Of a stretch of 64,000 nt of DNA, positions 62,646 to 64,000 are shown piece after piece (position 1 is the first letter of the stretch; the number at the start of each line of letters is the position of its first letter). Below the pieces are notes generated by a model that was not told where the DNA came from, made no database searches, and saw only the letters and a program-made list of their open reading frames with translations. The stretch spans positions 61,628,001-61,692,000 of the forward strand of contig OZ241829.1 of NCBI GenBank assembly GCA_965202585.1. The letters are read 5' to 3'. The translations under genes were made by a program, and so were the position numbers. This stretch comes from Thalia democratica. Its lineage: Eukaryota.

Positions 62646-63060
62646 GTGACGCACTGTGTCATTTTGTCGCTGTGTCAAAGTGACGTATCGTGTCATTTTG
62701 TCGCTGTGCCAAAGTGACGCACCGTGTCGTTTTGTCGCTGTGCCAAAGTGACCCTCCGTGCCAAAGTGACGCACCGTGACGTTTTGTCGCTGTGTCAAAG
62801 TGACCCTCTGTGCCAAAGTGACGCACCGTGTCATTTTTTCGCTGTGCCAAAGTGACGCACCGTGTCATTTTGTCGCCGTTCCAAAGTGACGCACCGTGCC
62901 AAAGTGACGCACCGTGCCAAGGTGACGCACCGTGTCATTTTGTCGCTGTGCCAAAGTGACGCACCGTGTCATTTTGTCGCCCTGTCAAAGTGACCCTCCG
63001 TGTCAAAGTGACGCACCGTGCCAAAGTGACGCACCGTGTCATTTTGTCGCTGTGTCATTC
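62646..63060 (-). repeat. Right arm tandem array (inverted relative to left arm)
   Basis: Reverse complements of the same modules. Confidence 0.9.
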
Positions 63061-63072
63061 TGACACCCACCC

Positions 63073-64000
63073 TCATTCAAGCGGCTGAAAATGTCACTTA
63101 AGTAAGCTAGTATTTGAATAAATTCTTTTGACTCCATTTCTTTGAAGTGGTCATAGTCACGTTCCTTAAGAAAAGCTTTTACTTCTTTCCTCAATTCAAA
63201 AAAGCGCTTAAAAGCTCTTCCACGTGATAGCCAGCGGACCTCCGTATGGAAAAGTAAAACTGAATGTTCACTACCATAATCTTGACACAAGGACTTAAAA
63301 AGACGGTGATTAAGAGCACGACCTCTAATCTAATTGATTGTCCTCACACAAATATCAAGGACATTTTTAGATTTCGAGGGCAATGTTTTTGATGCCAAGG
63401 CATGTCGATGAAGAAAACAGTGAGTACCCTGCAAGTGCGGAATATCCTGTTTTAACAAAGCAAAAATACCAGATATATTTCCCAACATAGCAGAGGCACC
63501 GTCAGTACATACAGAACCAATAACTTGCATGTCTAAGTCATGTTTCGCAAAAAAATTCTTGACACATTGAAAGATGTATTTTGCTTTTGTAGTTCTTTTC
63601 AGATCTTCACAAACTAAGAAATCTTCTTTTATCGAACCATCATGCACATATCTCACTAGTACAATCAATTGACTGCAACTTTCAACATCGGTTGATTCGT
63701 CCAACTGGAGAGAGATTTTTAAAGAACTAGCTTTGATTTCAGCAATGACTTGATCCAAAACATCCGAACTTAAATCTTTAAATCGACTTTGAATAATGAT
63801 GTTAGATAGCGGCACTAACTCAAGCTTTTTTGAAGCTTCTTTTCCCAGAACATCTACTGTCATTTGAAACACACATGGCTTTATCAACTCCTCAGCAATT
63901 GTATGAAGCTTTTTGGATTTAGCTACGTTATACGCCACATGGTAAGAAGCCAATAAAAGAGGTTTGCCAGCAGATACAAAACCGAACTTGGGAAGTGTTC
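63073..64000 (-). pseudogene. hAT transposase, central part (one in-frame stop)
   Basis: LQLDESTD, VCTDGASAMLG, THCFLHRHAL, FHTEVRWLSRG, LAYLSDIFSRLN; TAG at 63330-63332 with the frame continuing IRGRALNHRLF; open to the window edge. Confidence 0.9.

Larger units (their letters stand above)
60168..63072. mobile_element. Non-autonomous Foldback/Phantom-like (Mutator superfamily) element, 2905 bp
   Basis: Termini GGGAGCGGGTCAGAATGACACAGCG / CGCTGTGTCATTCTGACACCCACCC; 9-bp TSD TCATTTAAG (60159-60167) / TCATTCAAG (63073-63081); ~380-430-bp inverted arms of tandem repeats; no long internal ORF. Confidence 0.85.
58945..64000 (-). mobile_element. Defective autonomous-type hAT (Charlie/Buster) transposon running off the window end
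   Basis: Terminal CAGTGGTTCCCAACC at 58945; transposase remnants on the minus strand at 59532-60167 and 63073-64000. Confidence 0.85.

Noticed and set aside
60198-62868. ORFs of 69-135 aa on both strands over the arms
   Set aside because: Products of stop-free tandem repeats; no domain content.
59532-64000. Domesticated ZBED5/SCAND3-like gene
   Set aside because: In-frame stop, two frameshifts, a nested insertion and a retained TIR indicate a dead transposon.

Overview
AT-rich, intron-rich metazoan (probably invertebrate) genomic DNA; no prokaryotic features or CRISPR. Contents in order: (1) the last 17 coding exons of a tankyrase gene (+, 1757-13702; ankyrin clusters, SAM, PARP domain with intact H-Y-E); (2) an intronless, divergent DCP2-like Nudix hydrolase (-, 21180-22334); (3) a cluster of Rel/NF-kB-like sites at about 25.7-26.1 kb; (4) a secreted VWA7-like gene that lacks its vWA domain (+, 28778-34990); (5) a 22-exon inter-alpha-trypsin-inhibitor-heavy-chain-like gene (+, 37000-44908) with a dead MIDAS and a lectin-like insert in the vWA domain, which is phase-compatible with being spliced to gene 4; (6) a complete, young Ty3/Gypsy LTR retrotransposon (45572-54382, CsRN1-like CHCC Gag, tRNA-Trp PBS, -1 frameshift) whose LTR contains the first ~70 codons of the gag ORF and whose 3' non-coding region carries a decayed copy of the ribosomal stalk gene RPLP2; (7) a dead hAT (Charlie/Buster-type) transposon split by a 2.9-kb Foldback/Phantom-like element; plus several hAT MITEs. 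All exon coordinates, alignments and family assignments were made by eye from recalled motifs; no database search was run.
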